From NCBI GenBank assembly GCA_008632985.1, contig QPGO01000035.1, positions 173,899-237,898 on the forward strand: a stretch of 64,000 bases of DNA. Reading direction: 5' to 3'. This stretch comes from Psammoneis japonica (Eukaryota). Of this stretch, positions 24,535-37,000 are shown one piece after another. The translations under genes were made by a program, and so were the position numbers. How positions within the stretch are numbered: the stretch's first letter is position 1; each line of letters begins with the position of its first letter. The notes beneath the pieces were generated by a model. It made no database searches and had not been told where the DNA came from. It saw nothing but the letters and a program-made list of their open reading frames with translations.

Positions 24535-26578
24535 CTACCAAAACGAAAACACTTCGACATGTCCCTTTTCATTGTTGTATCGGGGACCGCCACAGGCAAC
24601 AAATGGCGAGGAGGAAGTCCCAGCGAATGAAACGGACTTGCCATACTCTTCGTGAGGATCATCGCCGTTTAAGTCCGAACCCTTCTGAAACCAGGCACTA
24701 TTACTCGGGTTGTATTCAAAGATTCTCACTTGACCAGTGTTGTTTCCGTTGTCGTCGTTGAAGCGAGCACCTGCGGCCAACATGTCTCCATCAGGGCTAA
24801 TCGACACGGACCACCCAAACAGGTCATACTCGGCTTTGCCATGAATAACTTGACCTTGCTGAGTCCAACTTTTTGTCGACGCATCGTAGAGGAAAGCAGT
24901 AACGCTCCCTTGACGGAGAGCCTTGCCCCACCTGGAGCCAACAGCCATGGTTGAGCCACTCTTGTCGAGCGACACTGAAAATCCAAAACGTTCTTCAACT
25001 GCATCTTGATCTCCGTACAACGGTTCGCCCAATGGAACCCAACTTTGTGTATCATACTGAAACTGAAACACGGAAACCTGACCCTGGTTTTCACCACCGT
25101 AGTCGTATGCACCAACAGTAACAATGGTGCCTGGTGCGCTAAGTGCTACTGAATAACCAAACATATCGTTACTCGATGCACCAACGCCTTTGAGAACTTG
25201 ACCCATTGGCTCCCAAACATCGCTAAAGTAGCGCCGATAGAGTCGAACGGATCCAGCACCTTGAAACCCCTCCTCGGTTGAACCGATTGCAATAATATCT
25301 CCCGCGTCGGAAAGAGCAAGAGATTCGCCAAAGTTGTCGCCAACCACACCTCCAAAAATAGTTTCACCCAGCTGATTCCACTGCGAGGAAGATTCATCGA
25401 ACTCGTATACTTTGACGAAACCAGTCATGTTTCCCATTTGACCATAATGAGGAGGTGCTCCGACCGCGACAATGTTGCCATCACCATTGGACGAAACCAC
25501 CCACCCAAATCGATATTGGTTCGTGTCTCGAATTTCTTGCCCAAGCGGCTTCCACACTTGTGAAGATTCGTCCAACCGAAACACGGCGACACCGCCAAGT
25601 TCGCCTGGAGCACCAACCGCAAGGGTTGTTCCATCTCGAGACATGGAAACCGTGTGACCGACAAAGTTTTGCGCATTCACTCCCTTCATTTCTTGTCCGA
25701 TTCGTTTCCACGATGGTGATCCACGGAGCGTTGGAGACATGGTTTCGATAGAATTGATAAGCGGGGGGAGGCTTTCCTCGGGAGGATCATCGTCAGAGGA
25801 TGAACCCGATCCTGTCCACCACTACAATTGCTGCAACCACTCCAGCCAAGACAGCAAGCAATACCAGAAGAATCACAACAAGCCTTCGACGCTTCCGTGC
25901 TTCCTGGGAGGCATTAAGCTCGGGTGATACTCCTGAATCATCCTCAGCTGTTACGGCTCTTTTTTCTGGCGAGAGCATCGACGTCATTTGCGCCTGAAGT
26001 GCATCGACCTGCGCCTGCAACGTATCATTTGGGGCAATCTCCGCTGCAATCGGAACATCTTCATATTCCTCGGGTATAGAATTCTGGTTTCGGCTGACTG
26101 GGTGCTGTTCTCGTTGTTGCTCCCAGTCTTCACTTTGTTGGAGGGATGGAATCGTCGACTGATCGTCTCCCTCGTAGTACTGGCGACTTCGATGCACAAC
26201 CTCCTGTGTTTCCATGGATACAGCAAACGCTCCAATCTGAGGAGCAGGTGGGTGGACCTTCATTGCAGCATGAGCCGTAGAGGCAGAAGAGACAGATCTA
26301 GGAGGAGCCGGCTTGATTATTTCATCATCATCTTCAAACTTGTTCCGGTGCGCCTTTCTCTGCTGCAATGCATAATGCCGTTTCTTCTCGGGATCGATCC
26401 ACTTGGGAGACTCAAAGCTTCGCGACACGTGGCTGACTTGTGGTTTTGATGTTCCTTCGTCGTCTTCATAGCGGTGGTTGATGTGAGCATCTGGCATGGA
26501 GGGAGGCTTCGTTGCTCCTTCGTCGTCTTCATGACGGGCGTTGCTTCCCTCGTAGTATGCTTTCTTTTCGGGGTTCAT
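24535..26578 (-). CDS. Type II membrane FG-GAP-like beta-propeller protein (paralog 2); frame change near 25815
   Basis: Same architecture as paralog 1, with a near-identical C-terminus (GARFNDDNGNNTGQVRIFE...DPHEEYGKSVSFA). After the TM helix the frame continues as TGSGSSSDDDPPEESLPP into ORF 24535-25740. Confidence 0.78.
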
Positions 26579-27141
26579 ATTGTGATTGTAAAATCAGGTG
26601 AAGTGCCGAAGGATTTGAGTCGCAATAGAATACAGCGGTATTAGTCTGAGAAGAAGCAACATCAATCACACGTGAGTCGTCACAGGAACGTTCTCTTTTC
26701 AATCTTCCCAAACAATTTTCACAAGGCTGCACACAACTGAGCAATTAGACGCTATGCAATGGACTTAACCACAACTTACGAATGTTATAATGACAACGCA
26801 AGAGATGGCTGACACGTTGTTGACACACTGTTGTCTGAACGATGGTTTTTTTTTGTCAACCATTGCCGCGATAACTTGGTCGTGGCGGCGGGCTTCGCGT
26901 TGAAACACGCGTGACCGACTGCATCGAAGAAGAAGGCGCAAACGGACGGATCTTTCCTGGGTCGTGGATAATGACATTTTTAACCGTTTTCACGAATCAT
27001 AGGCGCGACCACCTGTCAGTTGATCGTGTGTCTGTGGGACAACGGAATGACTGAACGACGTTGAACGGACCATGAGAGATAGAGCGAGATGAAAACCCAT
27101 CGCAGCAACGCTGTCTCCCTCAATACACGTATATAGCGTTC

Positions 27142-27978
27142 ATGCCTTCCTTCAAGAGCTCTGTTATGTTGTGGACCGCAGCAGCAGTCACTGTCGGCAC
27201 AATCCTCCTCCTCATTGAAGGACGACGGCGTGGGGGAGAAACGACCAAAGAAGACGACGAAGATCCTTTTGCTATTCTGAAATGGGCCCGCGAAGATAAA
27301 TGTTGCTTTTGTCGTCCAACGATTCGGATGAATTTGAACAAACTTGAACCTACACCCGAGACAGTTGGTGCCATTTTTGGTTTGCGGCGCGTCGACAAGA
27401 TTCGCATCACCGCAGAGAACGGAGCGCCGCTTCAACTGATGCCATCCAATGGTTCGACGTTATCCTTGTGGCCAATCAAGGCAGGCAGCACATACAAGGT
27501 GGAGTATGATTGCGACGACGTGTCACCGTGCTCCATAAACGAAATTTACTCGTTTCTTGGCGAGAATGAAGAAACAATTCACAAAATGTCGTTGGCCTTC
27601 TACACTCGCATCTGGAAGGATGGTAAATCACCAGACTTTCAGATTCACTTCACTAGATCTGTAAAGAGTCCTCACGAAGCGGCAGACAATCAAGCTCGAT
27701 GGTTGATTGAAATGTGGGGTGGTCCAAATCGTTATTCCGAAAAGCATGGCGTTGGACTGCTCGAACGACGCATGCTGGCAAAACACTCGTCTCGGAGGCG
27801 CATGACGTTTGCTCACGCGTGCACATGGCTTGACTACATGACTGAGGCTGTCCAAGAAGTATTTGGAGATGACAAAAAAGTAAAGCTTGTTCTCGGATTG
27901 TACTGGCGGCATTTCTTTGGCTTCTTTTCAATGAACGATCAAGAACGACTCGGCATCCGAGAGAAGGCCGTTGGCTAA
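27142..27978 (+). CDS. Truncated (2/2) hemoglobin-domain protein with N-terminal hydrophobic anchor
   Basis: GENEETIHKMSLAFYTRI...NQARWLIEMWGGPNRYSEKHG...MLAKH...WLDYM..A resembles group II trHb motifs; N-terminal WTAAAVTVGTILLLI. Confidence 0.7.
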   Translation: MPSFKSSVMLWTAAAVTVGTILLLIEGRRRGGETTKEDDEDPFAILKWAREDKCCFCRPTIRMNLNKLEPTPETVGAIFGLRRVDKIRITAENGAPLQLMPSNGSTLSLWPIKAGSTYKVEYDCDDVSPCSINEIYSFLGENEETIHKMSLAFYTRIWKDGKSPDFQIHFTRSVKSPHEAADNQARWLIEMWGGPNRYSEKHGVGLLERRMLAKHSSRRRMTFAHACTWLDYMTEAVQEVFGDDKKVKLVLGLYWRHFFGFFSMNDQERLGIREKAVG

Positions 27979-28451
27979 GACAATGAATTGTGAAACAAAG
28001 ACCGCGTAAAATATCGATAGGGCCTGTTTGAGTGACGGTGATGTTATTATTTTGGGATAAACTACGGTGGACTAGTCAAAATAGGCCCTCTAATAGAGGT
28101 TTTTCTTCAGGATGGCCGGGCCCTGGAGCCTAGGGCTAGGGCCCTAGTGTGCAATGCTGGGCTGTCCTTAGCACCTTAAAAATGCCACTCCTTACTAGCC
28201 CTAGTATGGATGAAGGTAAGAGGAGAGATTCGCAAAAATGCATCATTTCCATGTTAAAATCGCCCACTGGCGAAGATGCTTCATAACGTGTGTGCGTTGA
28301 TGCGTTCCCGGGTTGCGGGTTGCTCAATCCCGGTTACTCGCCAAAACGCCGCCACCGCAGACATATCCGCACGCACTCACAAGACATTTTTTCTGTCTCC
28401 TTCCTCCAGACAAATCTGATCTCATCTTCCTTGAAGAAACGGTCGTCGACC

Positions 28452-31400
28452 ATGAAGTAAGAGCATTCGCGTCGTCTTGCATTCCTTTGTTGGCTTAGTT
28501 TCTAACATCAGTTCTGTTTGTGTGTGTTTTCATTGCAGACTTGGCAAGTCTGCCCGAAAGCTTTTCTGCGGTTGTGGTCCCAACGCGGATCCCTCGGCTG
28601 TCTCTGGAAGCAACAACAACAACAAAGGCGGAAGCAAGAGCAAGACACGTTCCGCCAATGAGCCTGCGGTAGCTAGTACTGCTTCTGAACTAAAGAAGAC
28701 TGAGTTGATCCAAGAAAAGTCTGTGCAGAAAATCCGCAAGACGGACGAAAAGGCCATGAAAGAGATCGCCGCCATCTACAGCGAACGAGGTGTATCCATG
28801 AAGCCATTCGAGCAGTCCACTTCAAGGCCGAAAACCGCTACCACGTCCATCAACGAGTCGTCCACGAAAGCGACAAGCACAGCCGCTACCATGAATAGGC
28901 CGAGAAGTAGTGTGTCTGTCGGTGTTGCTGCAGGATCTGCCACTGTCGTCGGTGCCTCCATTGCCGCCACGGCAGCTGGACTCTCGACCGAAGATGTGGA
29001 AAAGATAAAGGCAATTGAGGACAAGGCTATTGTTGACATTGATCAAGCTGCTGAAAACGCGAATGAAAGTGTATCTAATGTGTACCACAAGAGACATGTG
29101 GAACCCGAAAAGCCTCCGGAGTCGGAAGTTGCTACAATGGCAGCTGCAGCGGGACTTAGTGTTGCTGCACAGAGCAAAGTTGAAGCGGTCAACCAGAGAG
29201 GAGTGGAACAGATGGAAGTAGTTGATGCTAAAGCAGTCAATGATATCGACTCAATCTACAAAAGAAAAGGCGTGACTATGGACAAGTCACCCAAGGAAAT
29301 CAAGGTTGGAAACCTCACTAGTTCTCTCGCCTTCATTGGAGCTGCCGCGGCTGCGGCGAGTGCTGGTATGGGGTCTAAGGACGTTGCCCTTATCCATGAT
29401 ATCGAGAACAACGCCACCAAGAATGTCGAGCGCATCGATGCGAAAATCGGTGATGACATCGCCAAGATCTACGAATCTGAAGGCAAGTGGTACGACACGT
29501 CCGATGGCTCTCGCGGTGCAGCGGTCGCTGCGGCAGCTGGGCTCAGCAATACCGCCGTCAAGAATATTGCCAATGTGGAAGAAAAGGCTGTAAAGAAAAT
29601 CCGTAAGACAGATGAAAAGGCTATGAAGGAGATTGCTGTTATCTATAGCAAGCAAGGTGTGCCTATGCAGTCCACGACAAAGCCGAAAACCGCTACGTCG
29701 TCTATCAACGAGTCGTCCACGAAAACGACAAGAAACACCTCTTCCATGAATAAACCGAGAAACAGTGTGTCTGTGAATGCTGCTGCAGGATCTGCCACGG
29801 TTGTCGGGGCCTCCATTGCCGCAACGGCAGCTGGACTCTCGCCAAAAGCCGTGGAAAAGATAAAGACGATTGAGGATAAGGCCATTGACGACATTGACCA
29901 TACCGCTGACAAGGCCATTGAAAGTGTATCCAAGGTGTATTACAGGAGTCATGTAGAAATCCCAAACCATCCCGATTCGGAAGTTGCTACAATGGCAGCT
30001 GCAGCGGGTCTTAGTGCGGCTGCACAGAGCAAGATTGGAGCTGTCAATCAGAGAGGAGTGGAGCGAATGAAAGCTGTCGATGCTCAAGCAATCAAGAATA
30101 TTGACTTGATCTATGAAGAGAAAGGTATGGCTATGGACAAGTCACCCAAGCAGACCAAGTTTGGAAACCTCACGGCTTCTCTTGCTGTCCCGGGGGCTGC
30201 TGCGGCTGCTGCGAGTGCTGGTATGGGGTCTATGGACCTTGCCCTTGTCCACGATATCGAGAACAACGCCACAAAGAATATCGAGAGCATCGATGCAAAA
30301 GCCGGTGATGATATCGCCAAGATCTATGAATCTGAAGGCAAGTGGTACGACACGTCCGATGGCTCCAGCGGCGCTGCGGTCGCTGCGGCTGCTATGAGAC
30401 CCAGGCCTTAAGTAACTTGAAACTGGCATGGCAGGCGCGCTCCGGATGAGCGTACAGACCATCACCGCGGTGACAACACGGAGAACTTGTCAAAAAACCG
30501 CCGGAGCCGACGATGACATTGACGCGGTAGATAAGGTGTCTAAACATTCGTCGTTTCTTGGGCCATTACAACAGAAGCTCTATTAGACCCTCATCGATAT
30601 ACCGTTGTAATCATCCATTCGGAGAACGGCGGCGAGTCGAGTTTTATGCAAACATGCCGTTGCACCCGTTCGTGACGCCATGTTGCATGCAGACGACGCA
30701 TCAACTCACCATTTGCCGGATTTTCGGCACCCACTGAGTTAAAGTCCGAGTTTATTAAAAGGCAAGTAAGTTGAAAATCAAAATGGTGTTATCCATGTAT
30801 CCGAGGCTCACCACTTGTTGTCTCACTCAACTTTCTTGTCGCCGCAGCCAATTCTCACTGTCTTACCTAGCATGAGCACACATCGACGAATCCAACGTCG
30901 TCGTCACATCGTCAAGCCCATTTGATCAATGGTATTGACCAGACGATTATTTTTGAAGACTTTGATAAAGCAACTGTAATGCATTCAGCCAAGTGTTCTT
31001 GAATGGGAGAGAGTCGGGCGGATGAGAGTGAAAATGAAGAATGAAGTTGGCGTACGGTTCAAGAAAAAAGCAGTCAAACATGGTTGACAAAAAATTCTGA
31101 TGCTGTTATTCTATAGAATGATAAATAATAGTGAATAGAGCTTCTCCCTGGCTTGTATATACTCTAGATTGATCGCAAAGACACAAATGTCAAATAATAG
31201 AAAAGTGCGGCTTGTAAATGAGTATTCGTGGATTGCTTCACCCATTTATAGCGTGAAAGAGGTCAGATATAGTTGTCACGAGGTCAAAGACAAATTAGAA
31301 AGTAGAACATTGCCATAAAATCGGTTTGTGATGATGTTATCATCTAATCTCGGTGTCGAGAACGAGTCACTTTCACCTCATCGTACAGCGAGTCACGTGT

Positions 31401-33779
31401 TTTCAATCCCGTATGACCCATTCGACTCAAAATTTTGGTAAAATTAGCTAGACTTTGACCCCAGCTAGAGCCACAAATTACACAAGATATGAGCATTATC
31501 AGTCTCATACTCTTTAAACAGATGCCTTGCGAGAATGTAATAGGTATGTATTGTTTGTGGTATCTGGTATTTCAAAATAGAACTAACTTTTCGTGGAGCA
31601 CCTTTATTACACGGGCAAGTGCGAGAGTCAACATTCAGTGATTGGTTAGTAACTAACGTTCACCCCCATTCTAGGCCCCCAAAACTGTCGTGAACTACGT
31701 ATCTGAATATTGTTAGTCGATCGAGGTGGGTATTTGGTTAAAAACGGGGGGTTAATTTTTACACGTGGCATCACGAAGCTGGGACGGAAAGCTGCTGGGC
31801 TCAGCATTGCCGCCGTCAAGAATATTGCAAGTGTGGAAGAAAAGGCTGTCGAGAAAATCAGCAAGACAGATGAAAAGGCTATGGGGGAGATTGCTGCTAT
31901 CTATAGCGAGCAAGGTTTGTCTATGAAACAAGTCGACCATTCCATAACAAAGGCCACAAGCGCCACCGCGCCAGTCGGCAAGTCGTCCAAGAAAGCGACA
32001 AGCACCACCGCTTCCGTGAATAGGCCGAGAAGCAGTGTGTCTGTCGGTGCTGCTGCAGGATCTGCCACGGTGGTCGGTGCTTCCATTGCCGCCATGGCCG
32101 CTGGACTCTCGCCTAAAGATGTGGAAAAAATAAAGGCGGTTGAGAACAACGCCACCAAGAGTATCGAGAGCATCGATGCGAAAGCCGGTGATGACATCGC
32201 CAAGATCTACGAGTCTGAAGGCAAGTGGTACGACACGTCCGATGGCTCCAGCGCTGCTGCAAGCGCTGCGGCTGCTGGGCTAAGCATTGCCGCCGTCAAG
32301 AATATTGCCAGTGCGGAAGAGAAGGCTGTCGAGAAAATCCGCAAGACAGATAAAAAGGCCATGGGAGAGATTGCTACTATCTACAGTGAGCAAGGGGTGT
32401 CTTTGAAACCAGTCGAGCAGTCCAAAACAAAGCCGACAAGCGCCACCAAGTCCGTCGGCGAGTCGTCAATTAAAGCGACAAGCATCACCACAACTTTCAC
32501 AAAGCCATCAAGCAATGCGTCTGTTGTTGCTGCGGCAGGATCTGCCACGGTGATCGGTGCCTCTATTGCTGCCACGGCGGCCGGACTATCACCTAAAGAT
32601 GTTGAAAAAACAAAGGCGATTGAGGACAGAGCCATTGTTGACATAGACCGTATCGCTGACACTGTCAATGAAAGTGCGTTGAAGGCCTACCAGAAGGAGC
32701 AGGTGGAACCCAAAAAGCCTCCGGCGTCGGAAGTCACCACCACAGCAGCTTTAGCGGGACTTAGTGTTGCTGCACAGAGCAAGATTGGAGCAGTAAATCA
32801 AAGAGGAGTGGGGCGAATGGAAGCGGTCGACTCTCAAGCAGTCAAGGATATCGATTCAATCTACAAAGAAAACGGCTTGGCTATGGAGAAATCGCACAAG
32901 CAGACCAAGGCTGGAAACCTCACTGCTTCTCTTGCCGTCACTGGCGCTGCTGCGGCTGCGGCGAGTGCGGGTATGGGGTCTATGGACCTTGCCCTTGTCC
33001 GTGATATCGAGAACAACGCCACCAAGAGCATCGAGAGCATCGATGCAAAAGCCGGTGACGACATCGCCAAGATTTACGAGTCTGAAGGCAAGTGGTATGA
33101 GAAGCCCGGTGGCTCCAACGCCGCTGCAGTCGCTGCGGCTACTGGGCTCAGCATTGCCGCTGTCAAGAAAATTGCAAGTGCAGAAGACGAGGCGAAATGC
33201 AATATGGATGCAACTGACCGAGAGGCTGCCAACACGGTGACCGAGGCTGACGAGGCACACACTGCTCAAATGCACAAGTACGCAAAGGAGGGGCGCTCGG
33301 AAGAATTCATCGACGGCGAGGAGAAGAGAGCCTCAGACAAGTATGACTTGATTGAGAGTGAGGCAAACGAAAACATTGCCAAGTTGATCGATAGTGCTGC
33401 CAACAGCATTGATGAAATATACGCGAAGGAAGGTAAAACGCGTACGAGGTCCAGTAACGGAGCTTTCACAGAACGAGGAAAGGCCGGCGCCATACTTACA
33501 GCTGATGCCATTGCTGCAGCCACCCGCGGAGCTGAGGATCGCAAACAGATGATGTTTGCCAACAAAAATCGTACTTGTCCCGAAGAAGAATACAAGAGCG
33601 ACAACAACCCGCTCAGCTCCATCGGCAACGGAGTTCATCTTGCTGTTTACGACGTTGGTGCCGGAGTGGCTTGGGCAGGGAAGTCAATAACGGGAGCCGA
33701 CTTTGAAGGTCCGCCGGAGTATGACGCTCGCGCTGACTACACCCCTGAGCAGAGAGCCATGTGCTGCCCCGCTCCGTGA
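28452..33779 (+). CDS. Large Ala-rich hierarchical tandem-repeat protein, interrupted by an insertion at 30394-31790 (likely disrupted allele)
   Basis: Exon 1 ATGAA (28452-28456), intron GTAAGA..CTAAC..TGCAG to 28538, giving MKLGKSARKLFCGCG. ~290-aa units repeat on both sides of the insertion; removing it plus one GCTGCT restores GAAVAAAAGLSIAAVKNI in frame. Confidence 0.75.
30394..31790. mobile_element. 1397-bp non-coding insertion with 6-bp target-site duplication GCTGCT
   Basis: GCTGCT at 30388-30393 and 31791-31796; the insert is AT-rich with no long ORF; only CCCAG/CTGGG near the ends as a possible TIR core. Confidence 0.7.
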
Positions 33780-33945
33780 GTCACGTGTTTTGTGTCGATC
33801 AGTAACACTCTTTTAGGATGTGTGATAGCATGTTGTAAGGAAGTAGAGTTTTAACATATATAATCAAGCTGCAACTCTTCTGATAACATCCACCGCAAAG
33901 TACCTCTACTCTCAATCATCTGCAGTGCGCCGCCCTAGGATCTAT

Positions 33946-34097
33946 TTCACAATTGAACATGTCTTCTGACGTCGCTCATCTGATGATGTGGACGATGATT
34001 CAGATCTTTTCTCTACACAAGTTCCGGAAGATCGATGAGCACTCTAAACATAAAGCTCACTTTTTTCATCTATTGAATAACGTTACGCTAGCTTAGT
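33946..34097 (+). repeat. Left copy of a 152-bp direct repeat (LTR or LTR fragment)
   Basis: Aligns without gaps to 38168-38319; differences are almost all transitions. Confidence 0.88.
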
Positions 34098-37000
34098 GCA
34101 CAGTGAATTCACTTCACGCGTTTTTTTTTTCACGATGACTTCCAACGATGCTGCGACACCCTCCTTCGAGCTCACCGGACAATGGGGAACCCCGAAATGC
34201 TTCAAGGGGCTCACTGCGAAGTTTGAAGTTCAAGATGTCCCCGATGACATCCACAGTGGAATGCACGAGAAGAAAGTGACATCTTTCAGCAGTGAGTGTG
34301 GTGATGACAACCCTCGTTTTCATGTGATTTCTTTTGAGACAGGTGAAGGAGGTCTTTGACCACAAGCCCTGTGAAGCAGGCCCATCCAAGTTCAGCGTCT
34401 TCTCCACTTGCCTCATCGGCACAGCAAAGACCAATTGGGAGTGAGCGTGACAGGAATTTGAAGTTGCGGCACTGGAGACTGAGGATGTGTTCCAAGCCGT
34501 CCTTGAGACGTTCACAAGACACATTGCTTCAAGAGCGACATGCCTCGACATGACCAGATCGAACATCTGAAGACCGTCAAGAAACTGTCCGGAGCAACTC
34601 ACAAACAGTTTGTCTTGGCAACAGACGGCATGACAACTGACCTTCAGCAGTTTCCACTGGACGTTGATGATGAAGGTGAAACGCTGGACAATCATCCCAC
34701 CTTGTTGGACCACGACTGCATCAACATGCTCATCAAGAGTGCACCACAAGCTTGGTGTGATGAGCTCACGGCAAACAGCATGAACCCTCACAACCTCACC
34801 AAAAAGGACTTGGAAGAGCAATTCCACTGCATGGAGAAAGTGGAGAAGTGCAAGGAGAGATGCCACAAGCGCTCCAATGACCATCGTCACGGAAGCGACG
34901 ACCATGACAAAAAGAAGAACGATCACAAGATGTCTTGCAAGGGAATGTCTGGATGCAAGATTCCCTGGAAACCCAAGTGCTGCAACTTTTGCAAGAAGTC
35001 CGGACACAACAACAAAGAGTGCAGTCACCCGGGACATCCGCGTCACAAGAAAGCATCCTTCAAACATGATGACCGAGACAAAACCGACCGCCACGATGGG
35101 GATTGGAATGACCGTTGCTGCAAGCGCCACTGTCGCATCTCTGACAAGGAATTGGAGCAATCATGCTGCTCCTCGAGTGATGAATCCTTGGACTGCAATG
35201 ACAGACGAGCACGCAAGATCTGCCGTTCCGAGAAACAAAATGGAGAATGTGAACCCAGTGGCAAACAATCTGATGACTGCTGGCTCAACTGCTTGCAAGA
35301 CAAAATAGATCACACAAAAGCGGAGCGTGGGAACTCCGCAATCACGAGAAATTTCTTGTGTCCGATCAGGCCGATTGGCACCAAAATCACAAAGAAGAAA
35401 CACAAAACAGCAGTGCTGGCTGCAACAGTGCCACCAGAAGACATGACACAGTCACCAGATCAAGCACTCTGTCGTTGCCAGATTCTGGAAGCTCTGCTTC
35501 CCTGATGCACAAATCTCAAGCACCCCAGAGATTTTGGCAGAAAGTCAAATCTGCCAGCTTCAATGCAAAAACCGGTGAGTTCACATGCTGTCATAGAATG
35601 GCATGTGATGTTGCTCTGCCAGAACTGTCAACATCAAAGACCTTTAGATGGTCTTTTTGTTGTGTCGATGAGACAGAGGGCAAGACTCATGGCTTGATTC
35701 TTGGAAGTGACTGTCTCAAGGAACTCAAGATCAACTTGTTGTGTTCATCCAAAACCATTCAGTGGGGCAACTCATGGGCTCCAATGCAAAGCCATGATGA
35801 AATGAAGCCTGGTTCAGAAGCTGAAGAAGCATTCTGGTGGATGCAATCAGATGAACATGACATCCACGCAAGCAAAATTTTAAAAGATGCAGCTTCGCAC
35901 GCGACCAAAATCTCAGACGCCAAGTGCGAGAAAGCAGATCTCAACAAGACAGTCAACGAGTGTTCCACACTCGATGGAAAACAAAAGAAAAAATTGCTCA
36001 AAGTGTTGAAGAGCCATGAAACACTCTTCGATGGCATGTCAGGCAACTTCGACAGCAAACCAGCCAACCTGCACATCAAACTGGGCAAAGACGTGCCGTT
36101 TCATGCAAAATGAGCATTCAGCATGCCGCAAATCCACAAGGACACACTGGCAAAAGAGATTCAAAGATTGGTCTCTGTGGAAGTCTCACAATGAAATGAC
36201 AGCAGCAGGCATGCATGCCCTGCTTTCATCACACCCAAGCAAAACAAAACTGTCCACTTTGTTTCTGATTTCAGAAAATCAAACGCGAGATTAAGGCGTG
36301 AACCATGTCTGCCACCAACCATGCAAGAGCTGTTGCAAAACCTGCAAGGGTTTAAGTGTGCTGCTTCTTTGGACCTGAATGTGGGTCACTGCACTGTCAG
36401 GCTCATGCCTCAAGCACAAGAGATGTGTGCACTGTCATTGCCCCATGGGGGAAATTCAGCTGCCAACGCCTGCCAATGGGAGTGGCGCCGGCGTCAGACA
36501 TTTTTCAACTCAAAATGATGCAACTTGTGAAAGGACTAGAGGATTTTGTTGGCACTTGCCTCAACAACCTCCTTCCAACAGGCCAGGGCCCCTTTGATGA
36601 GCACCTTGAGCAACTCAAAACGGTCTTGGATGAGCTGCAACGCGCCGGGCTCAAAGTCAACGATGCAAAATCAAAATTCTTTGCTGCTGAGATTGAACAT
36701 CTTGGTTTCTGGCTCACTGGGGAAGGAATGAAACCTGTGGGCAAAAATGCAAAAGCAACAGATGAGATGAAATGACCAGAAACACAAAAACAACTCCGCT
36801 GTTTCATTGGCACGGTCAATTTTTACCACGACATGTGGTGATCACGATCACACTTGCTCGCACCACTCTCAGAATTAATGTCTCCAGCAAGAAAAGGAAA
36901 AAGCTGAATTGGCTCCCAACACATGAGAGAGCATTTCAAGCTGCAAAAGAGGCACTGAGGCAAGACGTGATGCTCGCGCACCCCGACTTCTCCAAAAAAT

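Noticed and set aside
8000..25830. Programmed ribosomal frameshifting shared by GluRS, PGL and the propeller genes
   Set aside because: No common slippery heptamer or shared context at the breaks; scattered small indels fit consensus error better. Needs read data.
30394..31790. Insertion as a spliceosomal intron
   Set aside because: Ends are AT..AA, and the nearest donor-like GTAACT (30412) lies after the in-frame stop.
28700..33200. CRISPR-like or non-coding repeat array
   Set aside because: The repeats are long, in frame and protein-coding, with no constant short repeat and unique spacer pattern; the context is eukaryotic.
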